Position numbers and translations under genes: made by a program
From: Amoebidium appalachense
Taxonomy: Eukaryota; Protista; Ichthyosporea
NCBI GenBank assembly: GCA_963693365.1
Contig: CAVNZM010000003.1
Location: forward strand, 11,195,651-11,259,650
Direction: 5' to 3'
Length of the DNA: 64,000 nt
In this document: positions 17,150 to 51,145 of the stretch, piece by piece
How positions within the stretch are numbered: the stretch's first letter is position 1
Layout: the number at the start of each line of letters is the position of its first letter
Notes under the pieces: model-generated
The model's database searches: none
Told to the model about the DNA's origin: nothing
What the model saw: only the letters and a program-made list of their open reading frames with translations

Positions 17150-18671
17150 AAGGCTGGCTTAGAGCCGTTCTCAAAACAAACGCTCGCTTTCAATAACAAA
17201 AATACAACACAATCGTAAAGTACAGTAAAAAGTAATATGACTAGCCACATTTCATTGGTTTGGCTGAACCTGTTGCGCACTCTATATCTATCAATATCTA
17301 TCAGGCGAAGTTACCGTAAGGCTATTCCCACTAGCCAATGAAAAAATCACTGTATAGCCAATAGGTAGCCTTATCAGCTAACTACATTTGGTTCCCAGTG
17401 GTGGATTGCGAGTGGCTGACTGCGCACCACGCCGGCGTGACGCCGCACGCGCAATGCATATGTGTGTGATATGCACCGTGGCCACGGCCATCTAGGGTGT
17501 TTCTAGATGGCCGTGACCGTGGCGTAACCAGGGATGTGTCGGGTCGGTTGACCCGAGAACCAGCCCAAGCCGACCCGGCGGGCCCGACCCTTAACCGTGG
17601 CAACCCAGGCCCGTCCCCCGGAGCCACAAACCCGCCCGTGAACCATCCGACGTCCCTGAGGCGACACATCCCTGGGGGTAACACCGATATGCATGCAATG
17701 CCATCGCATATCCCCGGGGATATGTACAACCTAAAACGCAGCTCACGGTGATGGCAGCACGCGGTGGACAACATACTGTAATTACATCAGTTGGGTTCGA
17801 CGATCATGTGGTCCATTCAAAATTATCTACCTAGTGAACCCCTCCGACTTGACGTGATCACTTCCGGCCCCCCCCGGGAGCCCCCTTGTTGTTTTATTTT
17901 CATTTCGTAGCTTTGTTTGTCACTGGGTTATTTTGGGGTTATGTAGCCTGCGGCTGCATGAATCTTCCTACTTTTTGTTTGTTTTATATACACCTTTTTT
18001 TTGTTCGTTTCTTCATCTCAACTGTGCACACAACGCCCCGGCCGGCGAGAGTCCGCTCCTAGCTAGCTGCAGAGTCCGAATTTCGGAATGCACACTTGCC
18101 AAATATGGCAATGTGAATACGCGCGCGGCATATGCCATATTACATCAGTACTGTAATAATATCATAATTAGGGGCACGCTGCCAACTATGGCCCATAAAT
18201 ATTTAGCAATGATATTTAGCTGATAATCACTAATATGTTCCTTGATTGTAAACAGCGTAAACCTCTCTGAAGTGAACCTGTATGTCACATGTTTGCATGG
18301 CGATCGTAGTCATCATGTACCCCTGTGGTGTTTTCCGATTGGTCTAAACCATTTCTTTATAAAGCAGAATCGCCAACGGCAGGGTGTGAAATCCGTTTTA
18401 TGGCTGGTGCCATTTTAACTAACTTACCCCTGCTTGGATGGCCCTAATAGAACCACCAACCGTTCTTAGGGGTATTTTTTTTCTATCTTTTGGCTCTGTT
18501 AAAGCTGCTGGTTGAGAAATTGTTAGACCTAATTTTAAAAGTTAGGGACAATTCTCGAGGTTTCTAGGGACAATTCTGTGGCCATAAACCCCCTGCATGA
18601 TTTCACAGCCTGGACCAACCGTTTGACTACACCCGACCACTCACTTTCACACTCCAACTGCTCAAAGGAAA

Positions 18672-19658
18672 ATGAAGGGTGCTCTACGTTCCGCCCTAGC
18701 GTTAGGGCTAGTAGCCGCTGTGGCGACAGGTGTTACTGCCGACACCAAAGTCAGCGACCCGTTCCTGTTCGCACAGGCACGGCCCGCAAATCAGGTAACG
18801 TAACGTACGATGAATTCAGCGTTGCTCTTGAAGGTTACGATTTCTTCTATCCGATGCTGATTCTGGACACCACGCGAAGGGTGATGACAAATGACAACGG
18901 CAGCACGCCGGGACACGGCCCCATGAATTACTTTCCTCACTACCGCCAATACCCGCCCGGAAATTATAAACTGGTCGTGAGGCCAAACTTCGACACCCTT
19001 TACTCACCTGCAGCTGCTTTGGTGGACATGACCCAAGCCCCCATCGTTTTCGAGCATGGAGATTTTGGTGATCGCTTCTGGGTGTTCCCACTTTACGACT
19101 ATTTCGGCGATATTCCCTTCTCCCAGGCAAGCGCACAACCGGACACAAGGCTGCGAAATACCTGCTCGTCCCTCCCAGGTGGAATGGTGATGTTCCGGCT
19201 GGGCTCGTGCCTGTCCGGGTAACGACACCCATTTGCACGTTCATTGACCGCATCTATTGCACCGGTGACGACGATTACGATGAAGTTCACAAGCTGCAAG
19301 ATGCGGTAAAGTTGACCCCACTTGCAGAATGGCTCAACGGCACCAAGGCGGCAGCCGCGCCCTTCGTTTTCGACAAGTCGATCGACATGGAGACACCCCC
19401 GCCCAAGCAAGTTGCCAAGATAATTATCGGGTGAGCAATTCTTCGAATACGCAGCCTACAACTAATTGTAGACTGTCTTAAACGACCAACCATCACAACA
19501 TGGACAGCCCGATCAGCCCGATGGACAGCCCGATCAGCCCGATGGACAGCCCGATCAGCCCGATGGACAGCCCGATCATCGAGCGCATGCAACGCATCGG
19601 CCTCTACTACGGTCACCCCTTCAGTGCATCAGCTGCAAACCCAACTGCAAGTTGGATG

Positions 19659-19660
<2 letters not shown>
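18672..19660 (+). pseudogene. DUF1254/DUF1214-family secreted protein, frameshifted and truncated
   Basis: Signal peptide MKGALRSALALGLVAAVATG; VVRPNFDTLYS; after a frameshift GKRTTGHKAAKYLLVPPRWNGDVP...DYDEVHKLQDAVKLTPL; later ERMQRIGL. Lesions: taacg duplication near 18796-18805, frameshift near 19120, break near 19430, 21-bp tandem x3.7 at 19500-19577, poly-G from 19661. Confidence 0.75.
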
Positions 19661-19697
<37 letters not shown>

Positions 19698-20014
19698 GGG
19701 GGGGGGGGGGGGGGGGGGGGGGGGGAGGGATGGTGTGAGTGGAGACTGGTACTGTAAAGAAATTTGACGAACTTGGGTGAGTGAGTCTCCCAACGTAATT
19801 TTGCACAAGGTGGGAGAAGGGAACGAAGGGGGCCTCCGGCGGGGGGAGGGGGGGGGGGGGGGATGACAAAGAAGCGGAAGACGAAAAAAATGGGTACAGC
19901 AAGATATACTATGCGGCAATAAAACGAAGGATTGGCATGATTGGAAGAGCAGGAAAGAAGGAAAGAGGGTCCATACCGTACAATCCCACACACACACCCA
20001 CAGAGAGAGGGAGG

Positions 20015-20050
<36 letters not shown>

Positions 20051-20304
20051 GAATGAGAGGGAGAGAGAAAGAGAGAGACTCTGAGGGAGTGTGTGTGTGT
20101 GTGTGAAAGAAAGTGAGAGGGAGAGAGAAAAAGACAGAGATAGTGTGTGTGTGTGTCTGCTTTGGTTTGTGTATCATCACGAGCTATCTTTCTCTATTTG
20201 TGTATATGTGTGTGTGTGTGTGTGCCTGTCTGTGTGTGTGTGCGCGCGTGTGGGTCTCATGATGTGTGTGTGTGTCGCGGAGTGCTTTTCTGTTTGTGTG
20301 TCAC

Positions 20305-20441
<137 letters not shown>

Positions 20442-20731
20442 TTGCGTTTACGTCTTTGTATGTGTACGTGTGTGTGCGTGTGTGTTAACGTTGGGGGCCG
20501 GGGGGGGGGGGGGGGGGGGGGGGGAGGGGGGGGGGAGGGCAATAAACCAGGAATAAGCCAGAAAAGCAACCGTTAGCAAAGAAGCAACGCGGCAAAGAGG
20601 CAACGATTAAAAAACTTATGATGACCGTATGTTGAATGTGAGAGCAGTGGAGAGGTCAAAGGTGCCTACTGGTGAATGTAGCTAGATAAGATGGGGTGGG
20701 TGTTCGGTTTTTTTTTTTTTTTTTTTTTGTT

Positions 20732-20785
<54 letters not shown>

Positions 20786-21184
20786 GGGGGGGAGGGGGGG
20801 GGGGGGGGGGGGGGAGGGGCTAAGCAGCGACTGGTGGTGGGTGTACACAGAAAGCAGAAGAAAGCGTGCCTCAAACTATGCCCGAGTGTGTGTGCTTGGG
20901 GTGGTGTGTATGTTTTGGTGTGTATGTGTGTGTGTGTGACTGTGTGTGTGTGTGTGTGTGTGTGTTTGGTGGTGGTGGTGGTGGTGGGGGGGGGGGGGGG
21001 TTATACACCGTTAACTAATCCATACTCCTGGCTAGCATATGAATGGAAATGGGTGGACAAGGAGTGAAGAAAAAAAAAGAGGCAACGAAGACAATTGCAA
21101 GAATCAGTGGGATTATTAGGCACGAGAGGCAGGAAGGATAGGCTGTGAGGTGTGGGGACGTGCTCGGAAAGGGTTAAATGCTGG

Positions 21185-21330
21185 AAACCTTAAATGCATA
21201 CTAAAGAGTTAAATGTGAGAAATCTTACAAACAGTGCATATTAAAGAGTTAACGGTGAGAAACCTTACTAACAGTGCATATTAAAGAGTTAAACGTGAGA
21301 AACCTTACTAACAGTGCATATTAAAGAGTC
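21185..21330. repeat. 40-bp tandem repeat (about 3.5 copies)
   Basis: aaaccttactaacagtgcatattaaagagtt.. repeated. Confidence 0.8.
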
Positions 21331-21910
21331 ACTGTGAAAAGCCGTGGATGATTCTGTGTGTGCGTGTGTGTGTGTAGACGTGCACTGCAGGAGAGGAGGA
21401 GGGGGGGGGGGGGGGGGGGGGGGATGAGGGTGAGGGAGGGAGGGTATAAGAGAGCAGGAGAGCAAAGAAAGACAAAAGCAAAGAAGGAAAAAGGAAACAA
21501 TGTAAATGGCATTAGCTATCATAAGGTCTAAGGGGAATGGGAAGAAGAGTAAACAATACGGATGTATTGACGACTTGGCGCAAGAACGGTTTTCTCTCCC
21601 GCACCACCTACCTCTCTTCATTAGGTAATACACCGCTTTTCATGGGGTTGATGGTGGGTTGTGGTTTTTGTTGATAATAAAAAGCATATCCCCAAAGCAA
21701 ATATGATTGCCGGTGGGTTGGGGGGGGGGGGGGGGGGAGGGGGGGAGGGGGGGGGGAGGGGGGGAGGGGGGGGGGGGGGGGGGGAGGTGGGGGGTAAGAA
21801 TGTACATGTACAACACGGTACGAAGCCCAGCTTTGCGACTAAAAACACGCATGCAGGCACGCAATTTTATATCCAAAGCAAACATTAGGCAATACACGAA
21901 GGAGCAACAC

Positions 21911-21962
<52 letters not shown>

Positions 21963-22269
21963 GGGGGGAGGGGGGGGGGCGGTGGGGACGAAATAATGCA
22001 GTAACTTTAAGGATAAACGCATTAAACACCAAAACAAAATCAGCAGAGTAGTCTAGACGGCTAAAAAAAAGAAGGAAGCCAACCACGCAAAGTGGCAAGG
22101 AAGCAGATACATGCAAGTTGAGCGGGAAATGAAAAGAAGCAAGGGGAGCCCCCCACCCCCTTCCCCCGGGTGGGCCCCCCCTTCCCCCCGGGTGCACGGG
22201 GAACAGCATGCAAAAAAAATGAGGGAGAGGGAGAGAGAAGAGAGAGAGCGTGAGAGAACGTGAGAGAGC

Positions 22270-22301
<32 letters not shown>

Positions 22302-22368
22302 GGAGAGAGAGGGAGAGAGAGAGAGAGAGAGAGAGAGATTCAGAGAGAGGGGGGGAGAGGGGGAAAGG

Positions 22369-22506
<138 letters not shown>

Positions 22507-22534
22507 CAGAGAGAGGGGGGGAGAGGGGGAAAGG

Positions 22535-22612
<78 letters not shown>

Positions 22613-23200
22613 TCGCTTACTTGTGTGTGGCTGCCGCTGTGGTGCGTGTGTGTGTGTTGGACATTGACTTGCGAGTTTCCAGCTAGACTAAGCTTAAGTG
22701 CCTGTGGATTGCACAAGAACACGAGGCCGACACAGAGAACCGGCCAAGGGCAACCACACTGTAATTTAAGATTGGCCACACACACACACGGCCAAGGGCA
22801 ACCACACTGTAATTTAAGATTGGCCACACACACACACATGTACGTGTACACCCTCCACAACACCTCTCATAGTAACTCTTCCTTTCCCACAAATCGAGTT
22901 ACGCACACACACACTGCCACCACAACCTGCTCCAGGGGCATGGTTGCCACTCACCACCACTACCCTGAGTTCGACCACCCAAATATGCTTTTTTTTTTTT
23001 TTTTTTTTTTTTGCCTGGGGGGGGGGGGGGGGGGGGGGGGAGGTTGTACCTTTACTTCCTTTCTGGCTTTTCTTTTTCTTTCTTTCTTTCTTTCTTTCGT
23101 TTCTTTTCTTTCTTTTTTTTTTCCCCTTTCTTTCATTCATTCATTCTTTCTTTCTTTCTTTTTTTTTTTTTTGTGTGTGTGTGTGTGGGGGTGGGTGGGT

Positions 23201-23232
<32 letters not shown>

Positions 23233-23813
23233 GGGGGGGGGGGGGGGGGGGGGGCCGGGGGAGGGGGTGGGAGGGGGGTCTGTGGCGGTCTGATGCATGT
23301 GAAACTTTCAAACAGTACGAATTCGAACAACAGCTGCAGGTCTGCGGTCTGAGTCTGGCCAATGAATGCTCACACATGACATGGTATGTAGAATGCTAAC
23401 AGTGGGGAAGCCAATGAATATAGTCCTGCTTTTTTATTCGTTTCTAAAAACAGTTTTTTTCGCCCCACAGCTTCCCGCCAAAGTATCTATATCATGTAAT
23501 CGGTGCGATCACTCGCAAATTATTGGTCCATACGTTTTCTTTTTGAATTTGCGACATTCCTACTTTTTTAGTTGTTTTTATAGTGCTTTAACTACATGGC
23601 GTCTGAGAGGGTATGTGTTTTTGCTGAATTTATAAATGGCTACATATGGCCCATGTGTATAACGAGATTCGGACACAGGCGCGTGCACAAGTGTTGCGTC
23701 GCATGGGGAGGGGAGCAAGAACAGTGGAGTATACTAATTAAATCTTTTTTGTTTCTTCTTCTCTTCTCTTTTCCTTTGTTTTCTTTCTTTCTTTTTTCTT
23801 TCTCATACCTTTT

Positions 23814-23870
<57 letters not shown>

Positions 23871-24057
23871 GGAGAAGGGGGGGAAGGGGGGGGGGGGGGG
23901 GGGGGGGGGAGAAGGGGGAGAAGCAATGCACACAACAAAACTGACTGCTCATTCATGCTCTGAATCGCATTTATTACAATATCAACTTGGCTGATTAAAC
24001 GGTGGTGTGTGGTCCTACATTAGTGTCATGGAGAATTCTAGAAGGATCCTTGACAAT

Positions 24058-24088
<31 letters not shown>

Positions 24089-24304
24089 CATGTGTGTGTG
24101 TGTGTGCTTGTGTGTAGATGCCGGGGTGCACGTGTGTGGATTTTGTCTACGCAAAACCCTGCTACAATTTGCAACACATCCGTAACCGTATGAAGAAATA
24201 GGTTGAACACTGAAGGAAAAAGCATACGAATACAAGGAAAAATGCAACTGTGTTCTTCCTTTTCGACTTGACATGAATCTACATGCGTGATGTAAGTTTG
24301 AACG

Positions 24305-24364
<60 letters not shown>

Positions 24365-24478
24365 CTTTCTTGCCTGTGCGTGTGTGTGCGTTTACACATG
24401 ACCTACGTTATCATTAACCATACAGCAAGGTACACTCTAGCCATCATTCAAAAAGCTCTTCGACTCGACTACAACCAT

Positions 24479-24523
<45 letters not shown>

Positions 24524-24717
24524 CCACAATCACTTCAAAAAAAAATTACACACCTGCAAATCCATTCCTACACTCCTATTACCCCAAAGAATACTGTCAT
24601 TTCACACATTCGGACGGAGCTCTAACGGGAACAAAACCTAACTAAAAAAGCCACCAGCCCATCATTGAAAAACAAAGTAAAACAATTTTCACACCACCCC
24701 GACGTACTTCGAACATC

Positions 24718-24759
<42 letters not shown>

Positions 24760-24893
24760 TCCTCCACACACGCAAATCCCCCAAAAGTGTTGAAACTTCA
24801 CATTCGACAGACACCCACCCCCCCACCCTCCCTCCCCCCCAAAAATCAAACCCTGCAAAAACCCCACACACCCATTCATCTCATTCAATTCAT

Positions 24894-27800
24894 TCAACTT
24901 GAAGGGAGAACCAACCCCAGCGCACCCACACACCTCCTCATAAACACCGCATCCACGCCTCTCTTCCCCCTCATCTGAGCCTCAAACTCCCTCCCCAACC
25001 TCCTCCCACACACATCCCCCCCGGCCACCAACTGACAAAGTATCGCCGTGGCCAAATCACGTGAGCCCTTCCCTGGGCTTCCAGTAGCCGCTACAAGCGC
25101 TCCCAAGTGGTCACGTGCGAGCCGCGAGCGGAACACCGCGTTCTGAAGGCAGCAGTGGGCCAGCTCCAACTGCCCGACCGAAGCTTCCAGGCCGTTCCAG
25201 CCCATTCCGTCGAGAGCCTCCCACGTCGCAGCCTCCGCCTCCCCCTCCCAACACACCGACAATGATGATTTCGGGTCGGTTTCTACGGGTCGGGTCAGGC
25301 CCGAGTTCGAACCATCTTTGCCGCCGCCGCCGTCGCCGTCGATTTCCATGGGTGTTGGGGTGTCGTTGTTGTTGTTGTTGTTGCTAAGGGAAGACGGGTG
25401 GGGTGGGGGTGGGGCTTGCACCCACATGCGCGCCAAAACGTGAAGCATGAGTACGCTGGGGCCCGCCAATACGAGTGACTGTTTCCTCGACGTTGCGCAA
25501 TCAAAATCTGCCGTTTTGGAATCCGCTTCCAGTTGCCTCCAACCGGATTGGTCGCCGCCGATCGGATCACCGGGACAAAGCGATGATTGGGTCGCGACTC
25601 CGGCGGGCGACACAAACAGAAGGCTGCGTACGCTTGAAACGACCGTTCGCACGATGGACGGATGGTGGTGGGCCGCTAGTTCCAGAAGCGGAGCAACGCG
25701 ATCCAGATGCACACCCCCACTCCCTGCGCGTTTGAAAGCCGTGGGATTATTACTGGTCGGATGGTTACCGTTGTTGTTGTTTTGCTGAAAGTGAGCGAGG
25801 GCGCATCCGACAAATTGCTGGGCCGCTGATTCTGTGCTTGTGATCAAAACACCGAGGAGGGACTCCGTCTTCTCTTGAACTTCCGGAGCCTCTGTCGATA
25901 TCAACGTTTCGACCATAACGGAGAGGCGCGATTGCGTCCAAAACCACGCGCGTTCAGAGTTTACGCTAACACGACCGGCCGAAACGTTTTTTTGTGCTGT
26001 TTGTGCGTTTGCATTGTCTCCGTTTTTCGCCGGTTGAAAATCGCCGTTTGAAGTCACACACGATGGAAGAGGAGAGGGAGGGAGGGAGACGACGTGCATA
26101 AGGATATCGAGGGCCATACGCACAGAAACGTCGTCCTTCCCTTGCAACACGACGGAGAACACACACTGGCACGCCTGCACGTCAAAGAGCCCACACACCA
26201 TGTCGTAAAGCGGACCCGATTTCTCCCCGCACGCCGTCGCCACCAACAACAGAATCATCTCGACCCCCGTGCGTGCGGATTCGCGGTAGGCGAGCCCCGC
26301 CGTGTGGAAATCCGGGCTGGTAACAGCGCGAGAAAGACGGCGAATGGCGCGCGAAAGACACCGAGCAAACCACTTTTGCCGCGTGTCTGGCCCCGCCGTC
26401 GCCACCGCTGCCGTTTGAAGGGAAACCGCGTGCCGACACACATGAAGAAACAGGGAAGAATAAGGGCCCGAACGCTCCACGGTGCCGCACAGGTAGTAGC
26501 AAATAGAAGACAACGCGGCTCCCCATGTCGCCTCGTCGGCCACCGGAAGGGAAAACACACGCTCGACGTAGATGTCAAAGAGCCGCCCAGCCATTGAAGA
26601 AAGAGCGGGGTCGCAATCAGGCAACACATCCAAAAGGGTGTGTAGCCAAGACCAAGGGATGGGTTCACCCCCCATTCCCCCTTGCCAGCACCCCTCCCAC
26701 AAATGCAATATCCGACCCAACTCGGCGTCTGAGCACGTTTGCTGTATGGATGAAACGAGGTGACGTAGGCCAAATCGTGGCGACGGGCTGCGCGGATGTA
26801 GGACGGAGAACAGAGACGGGCGGGAGAGAGTCAGCCGTAGAAGGTGGGCGGCTTGGGGGACCGCGCTGATTGAATGAAGAGCGCAAGGGACAAAGTAGTC
26901 GCGATACCACCTCGTCCCAGCGGGAGAACCCCCAGCCTCGGACCCCCGCACCAACAGATGCAAAGGCTCCTGCATCCCCTGAACCCCCCCCCCTGTCTGT
27001 GACGAAATTTCGTTTTCGTTTTCATTGGTGGAGGGGGGTTTCGTTTCGCCGCCCGCCCCGGTTCCCATGCCCGTTGTGCCTGTAAGCACGCCCAACAGCG
27101 AATCAATGAGCGAACATATGCGCACGGTATCGCATTCCTTCGACGGCGGGCGGAAAAGCAACTCGACCGTTGATTGGACGTCGGACGAAAACGGCTGCGA
27201 GAAATATGTCGTCACCGCGGCGCCCAGACGCCTCAGGGCCTTTCCCACGGGGCATCCCTCGGGGAGACCCTTCAACTCTTCCTGAATAAGAAGGGGCACG
27301 ACAATGTCGCGGAATCGTCCAGAACCCCTGTTCCTCTCCTCTTCGTGCATCAACGCAATCAGCTGCTCAGACATTTCACCCCCAACACCGCCCCTACCCC
27401 CGCCCCCGCCACCACCACCCATGTTTCCACCGCCGTTTCCTCCACCGGAAACGGAAGAAGGAGAAGAAGAGGAAGAAGTGGCACATTCGAGGCACGCGGC
27501 ATGGACGAGATTTCGGAGAAACTCCTGACGGAACTCCAACGTCGCGCTCAAAAGGCAGTCGGCGATGAACGCAGAGTGCCGCGCGCGGCTCCCCGAGCAC
27601 ACAAACACATCAAGAAACGCGTGGCACACCGCGGGTTGGCTCGCTGACTTGCGGTTGAACCGCGAGAGTATCGCGTAGAATGGCGGGTGCTTCCGGAAGC
27701 TTCTTGTAGAACCCCTGTTGACCAACTGAGCCAGCCCGGAAGCGACGAGCGACGCCTGGTCAGGCCCGGAGAGCGCAAACGCGGCGAGAACATGATCCAG

Positions 27801-29275
27801 CAAGCGGTGGTTCTCCGAAGGGTAGTGCGTGGAAACGAGCATGCGGAGTGCACTGTCAAACTGTCGCGGCGCGCGCCGTTGAAGGCGGGTCCATGTCGCT
27901 ACCCCGTCAGAAACTTCCTTGTCAAACTGTTCACGGTTGTTCGGGACGTGTCCGCGGAGCATTCGGGGCGCCATTGCCCCTACCATCGCACTCACCTCGT
28001 TCCCCAGACCCCCCTTAACTCCCCCTGCCCCTGCGCCGTCGCCGACGGGCATCCCTTCCACCCATGACCCCACCCTCTCCCTCTCTCTTTCCCTGTCCCT
28101 CCTCTGTTGCTGGTGATATTGATACCCGTTCGGTGAAAGACGTTCTCGTTTAGGTACGGGTGTAGCACAGGGAGACGCTGACGTGTCCGACATAGCAGTG
28201 ATGCTTGCGTCTTCGGCCGTTCGTTTGCGGCTGTCGGGAAGCGATGAATACTCCCCCTTTTCGTACAACGTCAGGTACCGTCCCACGGCGGGGAATTTCT
28301 TGTTGTTGTCCACCACCAAAGCCATAACCTCATCTATCCCGTCCTCCCCAAGGCAGGAAACAAACCCGTCCATTCGGCGTAACCCGGCCTCGCGCTCTCC
28401 TCCCGCTCCAGCTCCCGCGCCTGCGGTGGGGCCGGACGAAACCCGCAGTTTTGATTCGTACGTTTCGAGAATGAACGAACGCCATTGGCGGAACTCGAGG
28501 AATATTCTTGCGTGCAGGTCGGGGCAGTTGCCGCTGACGCACTCCCGTACGATCTCAGGCACTTGCAGAACCCCCGATTGCACCGATTTGGGCGAAACTT
28601 CGACGTTTCCGGTGGTTTTTGGCGTTTGCGTTTGAGATTTCAGTGCTGCCTTGAACAGCAACCACGTAACGCTGTGGTCTCCCTCCTGCTCCCACACAGA
28701 CGCAGGCAGGCGTTCAAACCACGGCCGCCCGCTCTCGTTCGCCCCCACACGTTTTCCCTCCCTTCCCCGACCTCCTACAACCCCGCCCGCCCCCGCCCCC
28801 GCCACCAACAACCCGTTCTCCGTCGAATCGTCACCGTTCACAACCACCGCCGCCGGCGATATTTCACGACAGGGGGAGCCACCGCTCTCGACCACCAAAT
28901 CGATGAGATTGGAAAATATCGAGTCGGGCCAGTATTGGTTCGAATTGATGGGTTGCATCGCGTAGAGCGCGTTAAGTTCCTGAAGAACTAAACCTCCGTC
29001 GATTGGTGGAAACGTGGTGTCGGGTGGGAGAGTGCACGACGGATCGCGCATTGTCACCAACGAGTAGCAGAGAAGGCACCGCAGAAGGCCGCAACTTACC
29101 GGGTCGTCCTGACCCAAACGGGTCGGAAGCGCCACACGGGCCGGGCCGACCCGATTCGAAATCAGCTCGAGCCACAGTTTGCGAACCGCCATCCCCGTCG
29201 GCCCGGTGGGATCTGCATCGTCTCCTTGCGATTCGTTTGTTAATGATTGGCTGTCATTCTCCATCCCATTTGCGC

Positions 29276-29306
<31 letters not shown>

Positions 29307-29993
29307 CGATGTTTTGGCACTTGCAGTTTGCAGAAATATACGAGATACCGCATCACCGTCCACTGCCGACAACTGTCTCACCGCCTTTTCGCACGATTCT
29401 CGCTGTGTTCCCCCCGCCGCCAACACGCACGCAGGGTCTGTTTTGGGCAGTTCAAACACGGCGCACACGCTCTCCAACTCCCTCTCCGGGGTATAAGTCT
29501 CCCTGAACCCGCGCTCGCGCAACCCCGCCAACCCACCAGTCGCCGTCGCTACCACCGCAAGAGACTGGGGAACCTGCGCGCACACTTTGGCAACGATCAC
29601 CTTTTCAAGTTGCCCGGTTTCATTCTCCTCGGGTTGGTTTTCGTTTTCGTTTTCGGTGACGCTTGCGTCGTCGTTGTTGGGTCCTTCGGGGGGTTTTTGT
29701 TGGGTTTTGTTGTTTAAAATGTTTGAAATTCCCGCCGAAACCGCCGCCGACGTCACCAAAGAAGAGAAGGGTACGTCTTGCATGAGCACGTGCGAGACGA
29801 GGTGGTTCGCGGCGATCCACCCGGCGACGTTCCGCAGGAGCGGCGCGATCCACGTGTGCGTGCAGTGGTTTGGGATAAGGAGTTGTTGGCACACGAGGAG
29901 GAGTTGGTGATAGGCGGGTCGGGTCGGCCCGACAAATGGAATGCAGAGGAAGAGGGACGAGGTGAGCCGCTCGACTGAATGCGTCCATGGCTC
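24894..29993 (-). CDS. 5.1-kb terminal exon of a large multi-exon host gene of unknown function (helical, Leu-rich, with low-complexity inserts)
   Basis: About 1700 uninterrupted codons; pyrimidine tract and CAG acceptor at 29994-29996; poly-N/poly-G inserts; no catalytic motif recognised. Confidence 0.8.
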
Positions 29994-30255
29994 CTGCGCA
30001 AGGGGGAGGGCGGGAGGGGGGGACGGGGTTAAAATGTGTAACAGGGTATGCATTCATGAAGGCGACATAAGTAAACTTTATGAAACCCCCCCCCCCCCCC
30101 CCCCTCTCCCCCAACAAAAAAAAAAAAAAAAAAAAAAAGCATCATAGGCAGAGCCCTCTTTTGTGTACGTGTGTACGTGTGTTTGTGTGTGTGTGTGTGT
30201 GTGTGTTTGTGTATGTGTGATGGTGGTGGTGGTTGGTTGGTTGGGTGGGTTGGGT

Positions 30256-50214
<19,959 letters not shown>

Positions 50215-51114
50215 TTTCTGGTGTGGAAAAAAAATAAGAAACTGGGATATCTCCGGTTAAGATTTTGTCTCGACGATGTGCACAGATGCTGTAACCGTGC
50301 GATTGGCCTCGGTCGGATCTAGCGAAAGGTCAAACCCGAAAGAAGCACAGCCTTTGAATGATTTTTATTCTTCCAACTGATTCTGACCAAGACATGCATC
50401 ACTTTCTAACACCTGCAAAAGCTCCACTCACCACGCACGATGCCAACCTTCTTGACCTCAAAACGGCACCAAAACATCGAAACTGCACTCGGACGATTTT
50501 CAGCTGCTCTACGGTCTGCGCCGCGCCTGCAGCGTGTTCGTTTTTGGCGTCACGTTGTGAGCCACACTTGAATGATGATGCGTTCCGGACCAATCGGTTG
50601 TTTGGGTATGTTTCGAAGAATGATTGTGGGGTTGTGTTTCGAAAAATCTGGGGGAGGGGGGAGGGGGAGGGGGCGAGTGGGTGGGGGGTGGGGAGTGGTG
50701 GGAGTGGTGGGGGGGGGGGGGGGGGGGCTATTGTTAATATAGTCATGGCAGCCTGTGGGGTGGCCGGTGGGTCTCCACGGGGGGGCCGGACCACTACCCA
50801 ATCACTCAGGGGGGGTAGCGAGATCTTTTTTTTTTAATTTTTTAATAGTGACTTAGCGAGATCTCTAGATCTGTATGTTCATGCACCCTGAAGAACATTC
50901 AATAATAGTACATATATAAGACATACTCAGGTGGGTAACAATAGGTCCCCCCCCCCCCCCCTCCCCCCTTCCCCCCTGCAATCAACCCCCCCCCCCCCCT
51001 CCCCCCCCCCCCCCCCTCCCCCCTCCGAGGGCCCGGGTTTAAAAACTAACCTTTCCAGTCAAATTGGGGAAACGAACACGTGTTATATCTCCACGAATAT
51101 GTTTTGAAGAGAAA

Positions 51115-51145
<31 letters not shown>

